A program made the position numbers and the translations under genes. The notes under the pieces were generated by a model. The model was not told the DNA's origin, made no database searches, and saw only the letters and a program-made list of their open reading frames with translations. Of a stretch of 64,000 nucleotides of DNA, positions 46,544 through 58,655 are shown in pieces. Within the stretch, counting starts at the first letter, position 1. Each line of letters begins with the position of its first letter. The stretch is from Mobula hypostoma (taxonomy: Eukaryota). The stretch covers positions 108,874,001 through 108,938,000 of the forward strand of contig NC_086097.1 in assembly GCF_963921235.1 (NCBI RefSeq). Reading direction: 5' to 3'.

Positions 46544-48049
46544 TACTCTTCACATGTGTCCTGCTTTGTTGCATTTGTTTTGTCTTTAAATCTGCATTGG
46601 TCTGGTGTATGTGGCCCCCTGCCACAATGGTAACACAATTTGTTTGACCAAGTTGGTTTCTGTTTAGACTCTGCAGTTTTGTTCACGGTCACTTTCATTG
46701 CTGACTGCAACTCAATTGCATCTCTGTTTTGCTGTTTCCATTGATACAGTAAATTCAACTACTCTCTTAAATGTGTCTTGTACTTCAGTTAGGAACTGTT
46801 GGAATACTTTTTGTAAGATTCCATAAACTAAATGATTTCTCAGTGCATCATTATGCCCATCATTGAACTGTAAGTGCTCAGACAATCTCTTCAATTCAGC
46901 CACACATGCTAAAATGGACTTTCCTTCCTTTTGATTCTGCTTATGAAACCTAAAGCATCGTGCAATCAACAATGATTTTTGTTCTAAGTATTCCTGCATT
47001 ACTTTCACAATATCAGCAAAGCTCATTTCTTCTGGTTTGGTTGGAGCAGTTAGATATTGAAGTACACTGTATGTATTAAACACAATGCACTCAGGAAAAA
47101 TGGTTTCTCATTGGCTGTATTATCTGTTTTTGCAATACTGTTCAATTAGCTCAGTATACATGAGGCAGTTACCCAATGAACAATCAAATGCATCTATCTT
47201 TCTAAAGTAGCCAGCCAGCTCCAATTTTTTGATGATTATCACCTGTTTATGAGCCCTGAATTCTTCTATATTCTGCCTTTTCATAAAACTCTATGGTTTC
47301 TGTACATACTATGCTGTTTTTCACTTCCCTGTTCTCACTGCGCTTTAAAAAAAAATTGAACGTCTCGCTGCAGGTTGGTATCCATCTCGGGTTACTTTTA
47401 GGAATACCACATCGCCACTGTTATGTCTTGTAACTTCAAAACATTAAACTAGTTCAAAGGAAGACACGGGAGTCAAAACTGAGAGTCTAACTACAGGTTA
47501 CTTTAAGTGAGGCATGCGCGGATCACCTGATAGTATGATGACGTATGTAATTCATGTATTTATAAATATAACCATAATGAATTATTTAACTACCAGGAAT
47601 GTTTAATCAAACAATATATACATGAGATTACTCAAATATTATTGAATCATTAAATACACAACAAATACAAAATGTCCTGGGGTTGTTATTTTGATGCTTA
47701 TTGTGTTCTGTTTTGCTCTGCTGAGCATTGTGGACATTCTATGTAGCCAATGGAATGTGTGGTGACCCTTGGGTGTGTTGGTTGGTAACACAAATGACAT
47801 ACTTCACTGTATATTTCAATATGCAGATGACAAATAAACTTGAATCTGCAAGGTTCTTGAATTTTCTCCTGAAGGCTGAGATTTCTGGATAAGTGTATCC
47901 AGTACCCATTCAGCAATCCCCTGTGTGTCAGCATATAGGTAGGATAGAGCAAGATAAACACAATATAGCCAAGTTTGTCTTTTATGTTTTACTTGGAGAT
48001 ACACTGCTTTCTAGCCACACCACACAGCACCCACCGATTGAACCCTAAC

Positions 48050-48220
48050 CTTTATTCCCCTCTGTGATCTAGCATCTTTCCCCTTCCTTCTCAGTCCTGA
48101 AGAAGGGTCTCAGCCTGAAATGTCGATTGTTTATTCACTTCCATGGATGTTGTCTGACCTGCTGAGTTCCTCAGGCATGTTGATCTGGATTTCCAGCATC
48201 TGCAGACTTTCTCGTGTTTA
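48050..48220 (+). mobile_element. Penelope pLTR fragment with hammerhead-like core, within a decayed SINE
   Basis: agtc-CTGAAGA-agggtctcagcct-GAAA-tGTC-gatt at 48093-48128, followed by gacctgctgagttcctc. Confidence 0.7.
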
Positions 48221-49026
48221 CAATTTACAATGACCAATTAACCAGAGGAAATCCCCACACTCATGAGAAGAACGTACAATCTTCCTAACAGAGGATGCTG
48301 CAGTTGAATTTTGAACTTCGACCCCCTGAGCTGTAATATCATTGTGCTAACCACAACACTACCTTTGTCGTCTGTCAAACCCATCAAATTTGTTTGAATG
48401 ATTCTGAAATTCCTGAATGTTGAGAAGATTTCAGGGCTTATTAAAAATGAAAAATCCCAGATTCATGGAAATTTATTGGGCAGGAGGCAGACATTTGGCA
48501 TAGTGAGTCCTTGCTGAATAAAAAATTAACTTTATATATTAACACCTCACAACACATAATCTATAATCCTGTGTTTTATGACTCTTCAAGTGTCTTTCAG
48601 GTAAAACTTTAAAAGTACCAAAAATATAAATTAATAGATTGTCAGTTAAAATGTTTTAAATAAACAATTTATTTAATAATAATAATAATTATTATAATAA
48701 TATGTACTTTATTGATACATAACCTTATTGATAATAATTGTTATAATAATATGTACTGACTGTGAAATTACTTGGTTACAGCAGCAGTATTTAAAAACAC
48801 ACTTAGCAACAATAATAAATAAAAATAATAAATATAATAACATTAACTAATAATAAAGTACAGAATAATAATGTACACAATGATAATTTATCAATATAAT
48901 AATATTGCCATAATTTCTTAAATTGTAGCTTGCCTTATTTTATTGCTTTTCACGCAGGAATTTGTGTCCTTCCAAACAAGTGGGCTTGCACATTTTGTGG
49001 TCAGTCTATTCTAGTGCTGGATTACT

Positions 49027-52000
49027 TAGAAACATATTAACATAGAAAACCTACAGAACGATACAGGCCCTTCAGCCCACAAAGCTGTGCCGAACATGTC
49101 CTTACCTTAGAAATCACCTAGGGTTACCCATAGCCCTCTATTTTTCTAAGCTCTATGTACCTATCCTGGAGTCTCTTAAAAGACACTATCGTACCCGCCT
49201 CCACCACTGTCACTGGCAGCCCATTCCACGCACTCACCACTCTCTACGTAAAAAACTTACCCCGACATCTCCTCTGTACTTACTTCCAAGCACCTTAAAA
49301 CTGTGCCCTCTTGTGGCAACCATTTCAGCCCTGGGAAAAAACCTCTGAATATCCACGTGATCAATGAATCTCATCATCTTATACATCTCTATCAGGTCAC
49401 CTCTAATCCTCTGTCGCTCCAAGGAGAAAAGGCCGAGTTCACTCAACCTCTTTTCATAAAGCATGCTCCCTAATCCAGGCAACATCCTTGTAAATCTCCT
49501 CTGCAACCTTTCTATCATTTCCACATCCTTCCTGTAGTGAGGCAACCAGAACTGAGCATAGTACTCCAAGTGGGGTCTAACAAGGGTCCTATATACCTGC
49601 AACATTACCCCTTGGCTCCTAAACTCAATCCCATGATTGATGAAAGCCAATGCACCATATGCCTTCTTAACCACAGAGTCAATCTGCGTAACATCTTTGA
49701 GTGTCGTATGGACTCAGACCCCAAGATCCCTCTGATCCTCCACACTGTCAAGAGTCTTACCATTAATACTATATTCTGCCATCATATTTGACCTACCAAA
49801 ATGAACCACTTCACACTTGTCTGGGTTGAACTCCATCTGCCACTTCTCAGCCCAGTTTTGCATCCTATCTATGTCTTGCTGTAACCCCTGACAGCCCTCC
49901 ACACTATCCACAACACCCCCAACCTTTGTGTCATCAGTAAATTTATGAACGCATCCCTCCACTTCCTCATCCAGGTCATTTATCAAATCATGAATAGTAG
50001 GGATCCCTGAGGCGCACCACTGGTGACCAACCTCCATGCAGAATATGATTCATCTACAACCATTCTTTGCCTTCCGTGGGCAAGCCATTTCTGGATTCAC
50101 AAAGCAATGTCCCCTTGCATATCATGCCTCCTTACTTTCTCAATAAGCCATGCACGGGGTAGCTTATCAAATGCCTTGCTGAAATCCATATACGCTACAT
50201 CTACTGCTCTTCCTTCACCAATGTGATTAGTCACCTCCTCAAAAAACTCAATAAGGCTCGTAAGGCATGACCTGCCTTTAACAAAGCCATGCTGACTGTT
50301 CGTAATCATATTATGCCTCTCCAATCCTGTCTCTCGGGATCTTCTCCATCAACTTACCAACCACTGAAGTAAGACTCACTGGTTTATAATTTCCTGGGCT
50401 ATCTCCACTCTCTTTCTTGAATAACGGAACAATATCCGCAACCCGCCAATCCTCCGGAACCTCTCCTGTCCCCATTGATGATGCAAAGTTCATAAACCAG
50501 AGGCTCAGCAATCTCCTCCCTCAGTTCCCATGGTAGCCTGGGGTACATCCCATCGGGTTCCAGCGACTTATCTAACTTGATGCTTTCCAAAAGTGCCAGC
50601 ACATCCTCTTCCTTAATATCTACATGCCCAAGCTTTTCAGTCCACTGTAAGTCATCCCTATAATCGCCAAGTTCCTTTTCCATAGTGAATACTGAAGCAA
50701 AGTATTCGTTAAGTACCTCTGCTATCTCCTCCAGTTCCATACACACTTTTCCACTGTCACACTTGATTGGTCCTATTCTCTCACATCTTATCCTCTTGCT
50801 CTTCACATACTTGTAGAATGCCTTGGGGTTTTCCTTAATCCTGTCCGATCTCTATCATTAACTAGTTTTTTGAACCTTTTGTAAGCTCTTCGTTTCTCTT
50901 GAAAAGATTTTCAACAACCTTTGTACACCACGGTTCTTGTACCCTACTATCCTTTCCCTGTCTCATTGGAACGTACCTATGCAGAACTCCATGCAAATAT
51001 CCTTTGAACATTTGCCACATTTCTTCTGTACATTTCCCTGAGAACATCTGTTCCCAATTTATGCTTTGAAGTTCCTCCCTAATAGCCTCATATAGCCCCT
51101 TATTCCAATTAAACGCTTTCCTAACTTGTCTGTTCCAACCCCTCTCCAAAGCTATGGTAAAGGAGATAGAATTGTGATCACTATCCCCAAAATGGTTTCC
51201 CACTGAGAGACCTGACACCTGACCAGGTTCATTTCCCAATACCAGATCAAGTACAGCCTCTCCTCTTGTCGGCTTATCTACATATTGTGTCAAGAAACCT
51301 TCCTGAACACACCTAACAAACTCCACTCCATCTAAACCGCTCGCTCTAGGGAGACGACAATTGATATTTGGAAATTAAAATCTCCCACCACAACAACTCT
51401 TATTATTACACCTTTCCAGGGTCTGTTTCCCTATCTGCTCCTCGATGTCCCTGTTATTATTGGGTGGTCTATAAAAAACACCCAGTAGAGTTATTGACCC
51501 CTTCCTGTTCCTAACTTACACCCACAGAGACTCCGTAGACAATCCCTCCATGACTTCCTCCTTTTCTGCAGCTGTGACACAGTCTCCGATCAACAGTGCC
51601 ATGCCCCCACCTCTTTTGCCTCCCTCCCTGTCCTTTCTGAAACATCTAAAGCCTGGCACTTGAAGTAACTATTCCTGCCCCTGAGCCATCCAAGTCTCCG
51701 TGACGGCCACAACATCATAGTTCCAAGTACTGATGCATACTCTAAGCTCATCTGCTTTGTTCATTAAAATAGACACATCTCAAACCATCCTTGCATTAAA
51801 ATAGACACATCTCAAACCATCTGAATGAGCGTGTCCCTTCTCTATCACTTGCCTATCCTCCCTCTCACACTGTCTCCAAGCTTTCACTATTTGTGAGCCA
51901 ACCGCCTCTTCCTCTGTCTCTTCAGTTTGGTTCCCACCCCCCAGCAATTCTAGTTTAAACTCTCCCCAACGGCCTTAGCAAACCTCCCCACCAGGATATT

Positions 52001-52480
52001 GGTCCCCCTGGGACTCAAGTGCAGCCCGTCCTTTTTGTACAGGTCACACCTGCCCCAAAAGAGGTCCCAATGTTGCAGAAATCTAAATCCCTGCCCCCTG
52101 CCCTAATCCCTCAGCTACCCATTTATCCTCCACCTCATTCTATTCCTATACTCACTGTCATGTGGCACAGGCAGTAATCCTGAGATTACTACCCTTGTGG
52201 TCCTGCTTCTCAACTTCCTTCCTATCTCCCTGTAGTCTGTTTTCAGGACCTCCTCCCTTTTCCTACCTATGTTGTTGGTAAAATATGTACCACGACCTCT
52301 GGCTGTCCTCCTTCCCACTTCAGGATATCGTGGATGCGATCAGAAACATCCCAGACTCTGACACCTGGGAGGCAAACTACCATCTGTGTTTCTTTCCTGT
52401 GCCCACAGAAGCACCTGTCTGACCCCCTTTCTATAGAGTTCCCTATCACTGCTGCCATCCTCTTCCTTTCCCTACCCTTT
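49027..52480 (-). mobile_element. CR1 (third family), decayed ORF2 plus ORF1 SGNH-esterase domain
   Basis: RT/EN pieces 49234-51326 (KFTDD, DFSKAFDK, GDSDHN). ORF1 VIGNSI..CLPGVRV..VVVHI/TNNI..VVISGLLPVP (52115-52458). Confidence 0.92.
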
Positions 52481-53574
52481 GTTGATACTTAGTTGATATC
52501 TGAACAAAAATCCCAAGAAATGGATGAGAGGGGTTTGGAGATCAGTGGTCCAGGTGCAGATCAATGGGACTAGGTTTGGCATGGACTAGATGGGCAGATG
52601 GGCCTGCTCCTGTGTTCAAAAGGTTTCAAAGATACATTTAATGTCAGAGAAATGTATACAATATACATCCTGAAATTCATTTTCTTTGCAAACATCCACC
52701 AAGACAGAGTAGTGCCCCACATATTGAATGACAGTTAAATGTTAGAACCCGAAAGACCCCCCCCCACCTAGCTCTGCCTCTCTCACGCACAAGCATCAAC
52801 AAGATAACAACCCCCCCCCACCCTCCACCGGCAAAAAGCATTGGCACCCCCCCACCGAGCACTGAAGTGTGCAGCAAAGCATCAAATAAGACACAGACTT
52901 GCAGTACCCCAAAGACTACTCTTTCACCTGGTAATTTGACATACCACAGGCTCTCTCTCTCCCAAATAAGGGAAACAGGGATGACCCATTACACAGCACT
53001 ACACAGTTGTAGTGCTTTATGACTCTCTACGCAGCAAACTTGTGGTCCTCTGGATTCCACTTTGAGACAAGAAGAGGACACGGCTAGCAAATCATCATTC
53101 AATACCTGTCCAATATGTTCAGGCCTTTTGCATTTGCTGATTGTCTTCCAATTTGCATCCCACCATTGTGCAAGAGAGATGAAACAGGTGCTCTACTCCA
53201 AAAAGGGAATTAAGTGATTTCTCATGCTGAATGTTACAAGCATGTAGTGCATGCAACTGTGCCAGCCACTAAGCAACTTTCCTTTTCTTAACATTATATA
53301 CTGTAACTTTGTGTGACACCTGCCAGAGAAGGCAGATGTAGATGATGACATCTTATCTCTGCCCCTTCATTGCACAGCCCGTGGATGATTGAGAAAGGAT
53401 GTGTGAAGAGTCAGAGCGACTCAATCTTCTCTTTGTGTTTACAAAAAAAGAGAAAGTTTCCTCAAATCCCCCTTAAAACTCCATTCTCTTTTATTCAGCT
53501 GATACCATCTTTTTCTGATACCCCTAACAAAGGGAAAATTGTTCATGACTATTGTCTCTATCTCATCTTTTTCA

Positions 53575-53982
53575 GAAGGATGAAGGGGAATCTCATTGAA
53601 ATCTTTCAAATGTTGAAAGGCTGAGACAGAGTAGAAGTGGAAAGGATGTTTCCCATCGTGGGAGTGTCTAGGACAAGAGGGCATAGCCTCAAGATAGAGG
53701 GGTGCCCTTTTAAAACAGAGATGTGGAGAAATTTCTTTAGCCAAAGGGTGGTGAATTCGTGGAATTTGTTGCCACATGCAGCTGTGGAAGCCAGGTTATT
53801 GGGCGCATTTAAGGCAGAAATTGATAGGTTCTTGATTGGACATGGCATCAAAGGTTATATGGAGAAGGCTGGGAACTGAGGTTGAGGAGGAGAAGAAAAA
53901 AAGGATCAGCCATGATTGAATGATGAAGAAAACTTGATGGGCCAGATGGCCTAATTCTGCTCCTATGTCTTATGGTCTTATG
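53575..53982 (+). mobile_element. CR1 3' fragment
   Basis: RTRGHSLKI..FFSQRVVNSWNLLP with a cttatggt tail. Confidence 0.88.
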
Positions 53983-54296
53983 TATCTCCATCAGGTCACG
54001 TCTCAGACTCCTTTACTCCAGGGAAAACAAGTCCACCTATCCAGTCATTCCTCATAACCTAAGTGGTATGCCAATCTCCTCAGCACTCTCTCTACCATAA
54101 ACACATCCTTTCTTAGACTGCAAGATGAAATGGACTGAGAAGAGCAAATTGAACTTAAAATAGATGTGTTGAATCACTTTGGAAGGGCTAAAAAGGTTAC
54201 TGCTTACACCATGATTAGTAAGTTCCTTTGAAATAATGAGGAACAGCCGAACTTTAGCATGCATGTCCAAAGGTACTTGAGGTAGCAGTGCAGTTA

Positions 54297-54905
54297 GATT
54301 TTTTAGATTATGAAGACACGTAGTCTTCTTTTATTGTCATTTAGTAATGCGTGCATTAAGAAATTATACATTATTTCCTCCTGTGTGATATCACAAAACA
54401 CAGGACAGACCAAGACTGAAAAAACTGACAAAACCACATAATTATAACATATAGTTACAACAGTGCAACAATACCATAACTTGATGAAGAAGTCCATGAG
54501 CACAGTAAAGTTCAAAGTTTCTCAAATGTCCCACATCTCATGCAGACGGGAGAAGGCCATGCTGACCACAATCCGTCTCTGAATCATCCGAAAACTTCGA
54601 GCTCTGATCAGCTTTCTGACACCGAGTACTGAGCGCCATCTCTATCCGAACGATTCGACCTCCTTCTCGGTCGCCAAAAGCAGGCAAGGCCGGGGATTTT
54701 GAGGCCTACCCTCCGAAAGATTCCTGACCACACAGTAACAACAGCAGCGAACGGGCGTTTCAGAGATTTCTCCAGATGTTCCTCTGTGCTTTCACGTCCA
54801 TTCTCCATCAAATCAGAATTGTCCACGGCCCCTATTTAACAGATACAATATCATTTTTCACCTGAAGGCTGCGCACACGCAGGCGTGTCGCCATCTTCTC
54901 CTCCC
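54297..54905 (-). mobile_element. Short non-autonomous LINE-derived element (homolog of 26172-26800)
   Basis: 5' ggaggagaagatggcg, 3' caataaaa plus a short tail. Collinear with the first copy. Confidence 0.7.
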
Positions 54906-55879
54906 ATTATGTCATGTGATTAAGAAGATGTAGAGTTGTGGCCTTCATTGGTCAGGGCATGGAATACAGAAGTAGGGAGGATATTCTCCAACTTTATAAA
55001 ACTTTGGTCAAACCTCTGATGGAGTACTGTCACCACACCCTAGGAAGGATGCAATAGTGTTGGAGAGGGTGCAGAGGAGATTCACCAGATTGTGGCCAGA
55101 GAGGGAGCATGATAGTTGTGAGGAGAGATGGAGAGGCTAGGTCTGTTTTCTGTGGCCTGGAGGAGGTTCAGTGAGGATATGACGATGATATATAAAATTA
55201 TGAGGGCTATAATAGGGTAGACTGCAGGAATCTTTTTCCATTATCAGAGGTGAAAAAACTAGATTTAGGGTAAGGGGGAAAGAGATTTGAAGGGGGTTTG
55301 AGAGGAAACTTTCATCCAGAAAGAGGTATCTATGTGGAATGACTGAGGAGAGAGTAATGGAAACAGTGTGTATTTAAGCAGTTTATATGCGAGCACCTGA
55401 ATCATACAGGTATTGAAACTACAGACAAAATACTGGAAGATGGGATCAAGGCAGATGGGTGCCGACAGGTTTTTGTGGATGTGGTGGGCTGGTGGACATT
55501 TGCAACTTGCTAAAAGCCCTCATCTACAAAGGGGTATAAACAGCCATGAGTTTTATTAAATGGTGATGAAAGCTTAAGAGAGCTTACAGAAATGTGATAG
55601 ATCGGCTGGTTGAGTGGTGTTGCAACAACAGCAATCTTGCACTTAACATCAGTAGGACCCAAGAATTGATTGTGGACTTAAAGAAGGAGAAGTCAGGAGA
55701 ATACACAACACCACCAATGAACAGGATTGTAAAAAGCTCCAGACGGTTGTAAACTCAACCAGCTTCATCATAGGCTCTAGCCTTCCTGCCATTCTGGACA
55801 TCTTCAGAAGGCAATGCCTCAAGAAGGTGGCATCCATCGTTAAGGAGCCTCATCATCCAGGGCATGCCCTCTTCTCATT

Positions 55880-56468
55880 CCCAATTCTCATTTTGGGAAA
55901 AACTCATAATTTCCACACCCTGCACTGCTCGCTTTTACCTCCTCTAAAAGACACTGGCCTTATCAACTCCGGAGACCTTCCATCCTCAGCCACAAAACTC
56001 GTAATTCCCACACCCCACACTGCTTGGTTTTACCTCCTCTAAAAGATGAACATTGAATTCTCCAGCTTCCGGTAATTCCCTCCCCCTCCCTTCCTCTATC
56101 CTTATGTCACTCTGCCCCTCCCCCGAGCTGCCCATCACCTCCCTCATGGTTCTGCCTCCTTCTACTACCCATTGTGTTTTCCCCTATTCCTTCTTCACCT
56201 TTCCTGCCTATCACCTCCCTGCTTCCCCTCCCCCACCCCTTTATCTTTCCCCTTACTGGTTTTTCACCTGGAACCTACCAGCCTTCTCCTTCCCACCCTC
56301 CCCCACCTTCTTTATATGGCCTCTGCCCTTTCCCTCTACAGTCCTGACGAAGGGTTCCGGCCCGGAACGTCGACTCATCTTTTCCACGGATGCTGTCCGA
56401 CCTGCTGAGTTCCTCCAGCGTGTTGTGAGTGTTGCCTTGACCCCAGCGTCTGCAGAGTATTTTGTGTT
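55880..56468 (+). mobile_element. Penelope insertion (short RT-region pieces + pLTR) in a Rex1-type fragment
   Basis: Exact 13-bp TSD ccctcttctcatt (55867-55879, 56469-56481). Hammerhead motif at 56340-56375 with GGAA in place of GAAA. Confidence 0.8.
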
Positions 56469-57059
56469 CCCTCTTCTCATTACTACCATCGGGGAGAAAG
56501 TGTTGGATTCTGAAGACACACACTCAGTACTTTCAGATTTAACGTATGAACACCACCTCACTACTTTTCTCTCTTTTTCACCACTCTTAAGTATATTTTT
56601 TCTTGTAACTTATAGTAAATTTTAAATGTTTTGCGCTGTACTGCTGTCATAAATCAACAAATTTCACAACACACATCAGTGGCGAGAAACACGATTCTGA
56701 GGGGCCACTTACTTTACCCATGTTTCATAAACTCTTACATCAGCTAACTCTAATCTACAATCAGCAGAGATTAACGTCATGAACATTCTGCACCCCTAAT
56801 CTAGCAATCATCAAATGTATTGGCTCCAGTCCTGCTCCTGCCTTATGTTAATAAGCTGTGCACAGACTAGAAATTGAAATGGGACTGTTGATTCATTACA
56901 ATATACATTGCATTTGGACTGAGATTATGGATGAGCTAGAGTTATGATGAGAGCTTGTCAAGAAGAAGATTGCTTGATCCATTGATAGAGCAATGAATTC
57001 ACGTCAGTGTTTCTAACACTGAGATTGCTTTTATATTGGTCTTCGTCAGCTTGGGAAAG

Positions 57060-58655
57060 TAAAGAGCTGGGAAGTTGATTGATGAAGGAGAGAAAGAAAA
57101 GGGGGAATCTGATAGGAGAGGGTAGAAGGCCATGGAAGAAAGGGAGGGGGAAGATGAAGGGCAGTAAGGAGATAAGGTGAAAGGGAGAAATGAGAATGGG
57201 GAATGGTGAAGGAGAGGTGGGGCAATTACCAGATTTTCAAGAAATTGATATTTGTGCCATCAGGTTGGAGACTACCCAGATAGAATATAAGGTGTGGCCT
57301 CATTGCGACAATATGGACTGATATGTTGGAATGGGAATGGGAAGTAGAATTGAACTAGGTGGTCACCAGGACTGATGGACTGAGTGTAGGTGTTTGGTGA
57401 ACCAGTCTCCCAATCTACATCGGGTCTCACCGATAGGGCCACACTGGGAGCACTGGATACAGTAGGTGAGCCCAACAGACTCTTAGGAATGACTGTTTAG
57501 GGCCCTGAATGGTAGTGAGGGAGGAGGTGTAGGGGAAGATGTAGCACTTGTTCTGTATTCAAGGATAAGTACCAGGAGGGAGATCGGTGGGGAAGGACAA
57601 ATGGACAAAGGCGTTGCATAGGGAGCAATCCCTGCGGAAAGCAGAAAGTGGGGGGAGGGAAAAATGTAGTGGGATCCTGTTGGAGATGGTGGAGGTTACG
57701 GAGAATTATGTACTGGACGCGGAGGCTGGTGGGGTGGTAGATGAGGACAGGAGGAGGACAAGTGGGGTGACGGGAGGATGGGGTGAGGGCAAACATGTGT
57801 AAAATGCGGTTGAGGGCTGCATTGATGGTGGAAGAAGGAAACACCTTTCTTTGAAGAAGGAGGAAATCTTATTAATTCTGGAATGAAAAGCCTTATCCTG
57901 AAAGTAGATGCAGTGGAGACAGAGGAACTCAGATAAGGGGATGGGATTTTTAGAAATGACAGAGTGGGAAGATGTATAGTCCAGGTAGCTGTGAGAATCT
58001 GGGTTTATAAAAGATATTAGTCGATGTTAGTAGATAAACTGTCTCAGAGATAAAAGACAGAGAGATCAAGAAAGGGGAGGGAGTTGTCGGAAATTGTCTA
58101 GGTAAATTTGAGGGCAGGGTGGAAATTGGAGGCAAAGTTGATGAAGTAGATGAGATCAGCATGAGTGCAAGAAGCAGCCCCAATGCAGTCACCGATGTAG
58201 AGTAGGAAAATTTGGGGAGTGATACCGGTGTAGGTTTGGAACATGGACTGTTCCACATAGCTCACAAAAGGCAGGCATAGCTGGGACCCATGTGAGTGCC
58301 CATGGCTACCCCGTTGGTTTAATGGAAGTCAGAGGAGCTGAAGGACAAATTATTGATAGTGAGGAAGGGTTCCACCAGACAGGGGAGAGTAGTGGTGGAG
58401 GGGAACAGGTTGGGTCTGTTATCTAGAACGAAACAGAGAGCTGTAAAACCCTCCTGATGAGGGATAGAGGTGAATAGGTACTGGACATCCACAGTGAAAA
58501 TGAGACTTTTGGGGCCGGGGAACTTCAAGTCATTGAAAAGATCCAGAGTATGTGAAGTGTCATGGATGTAGGTAGGAAGGGACTGAACTGGGACAGGTAA
58601 AATGGAGTCAAGGTATGCAGATGTAAGTGCAGGAGCAGATATAAGTTCAGTGGGG
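57060..58655 (-). mobile_element. Penelope-like element, decayed RT + GIY-YIG region
   Basis: VQSLPTYIHDTSH..IFTVDVQYLFTSIPH..TINNLSF (58319-58705), a GVAM..MGPSYA region and YIGD (degenerate YIDD). Confidence 0.88.

Larger units (their letters stand above)
44377..47663 (-). mobile_element. Old Mag-like Gypsy LTR element with its pol core replaced by host cDNA
   Basis: Diverged LTRs 44377-44627 and 47419-47663 (tgtta..aaca). TSD-like actac/aatac. PBS-like tggcgatg at about 47410-47417 and PPT at about 44628-44641. Gag 46560-47083 (FRFHKQNQKEG, CYHCGRGPHTPDQC). Protease KMELDTISAVSVIP..ALWGHD*L. Confidence 0.85.

Noticed and set aside
48660..48920. AT-rich (aat)n block as a regulatory or origin element
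   Set aside because: Low-complexity, probably decayed repeat tails, with no specific support.
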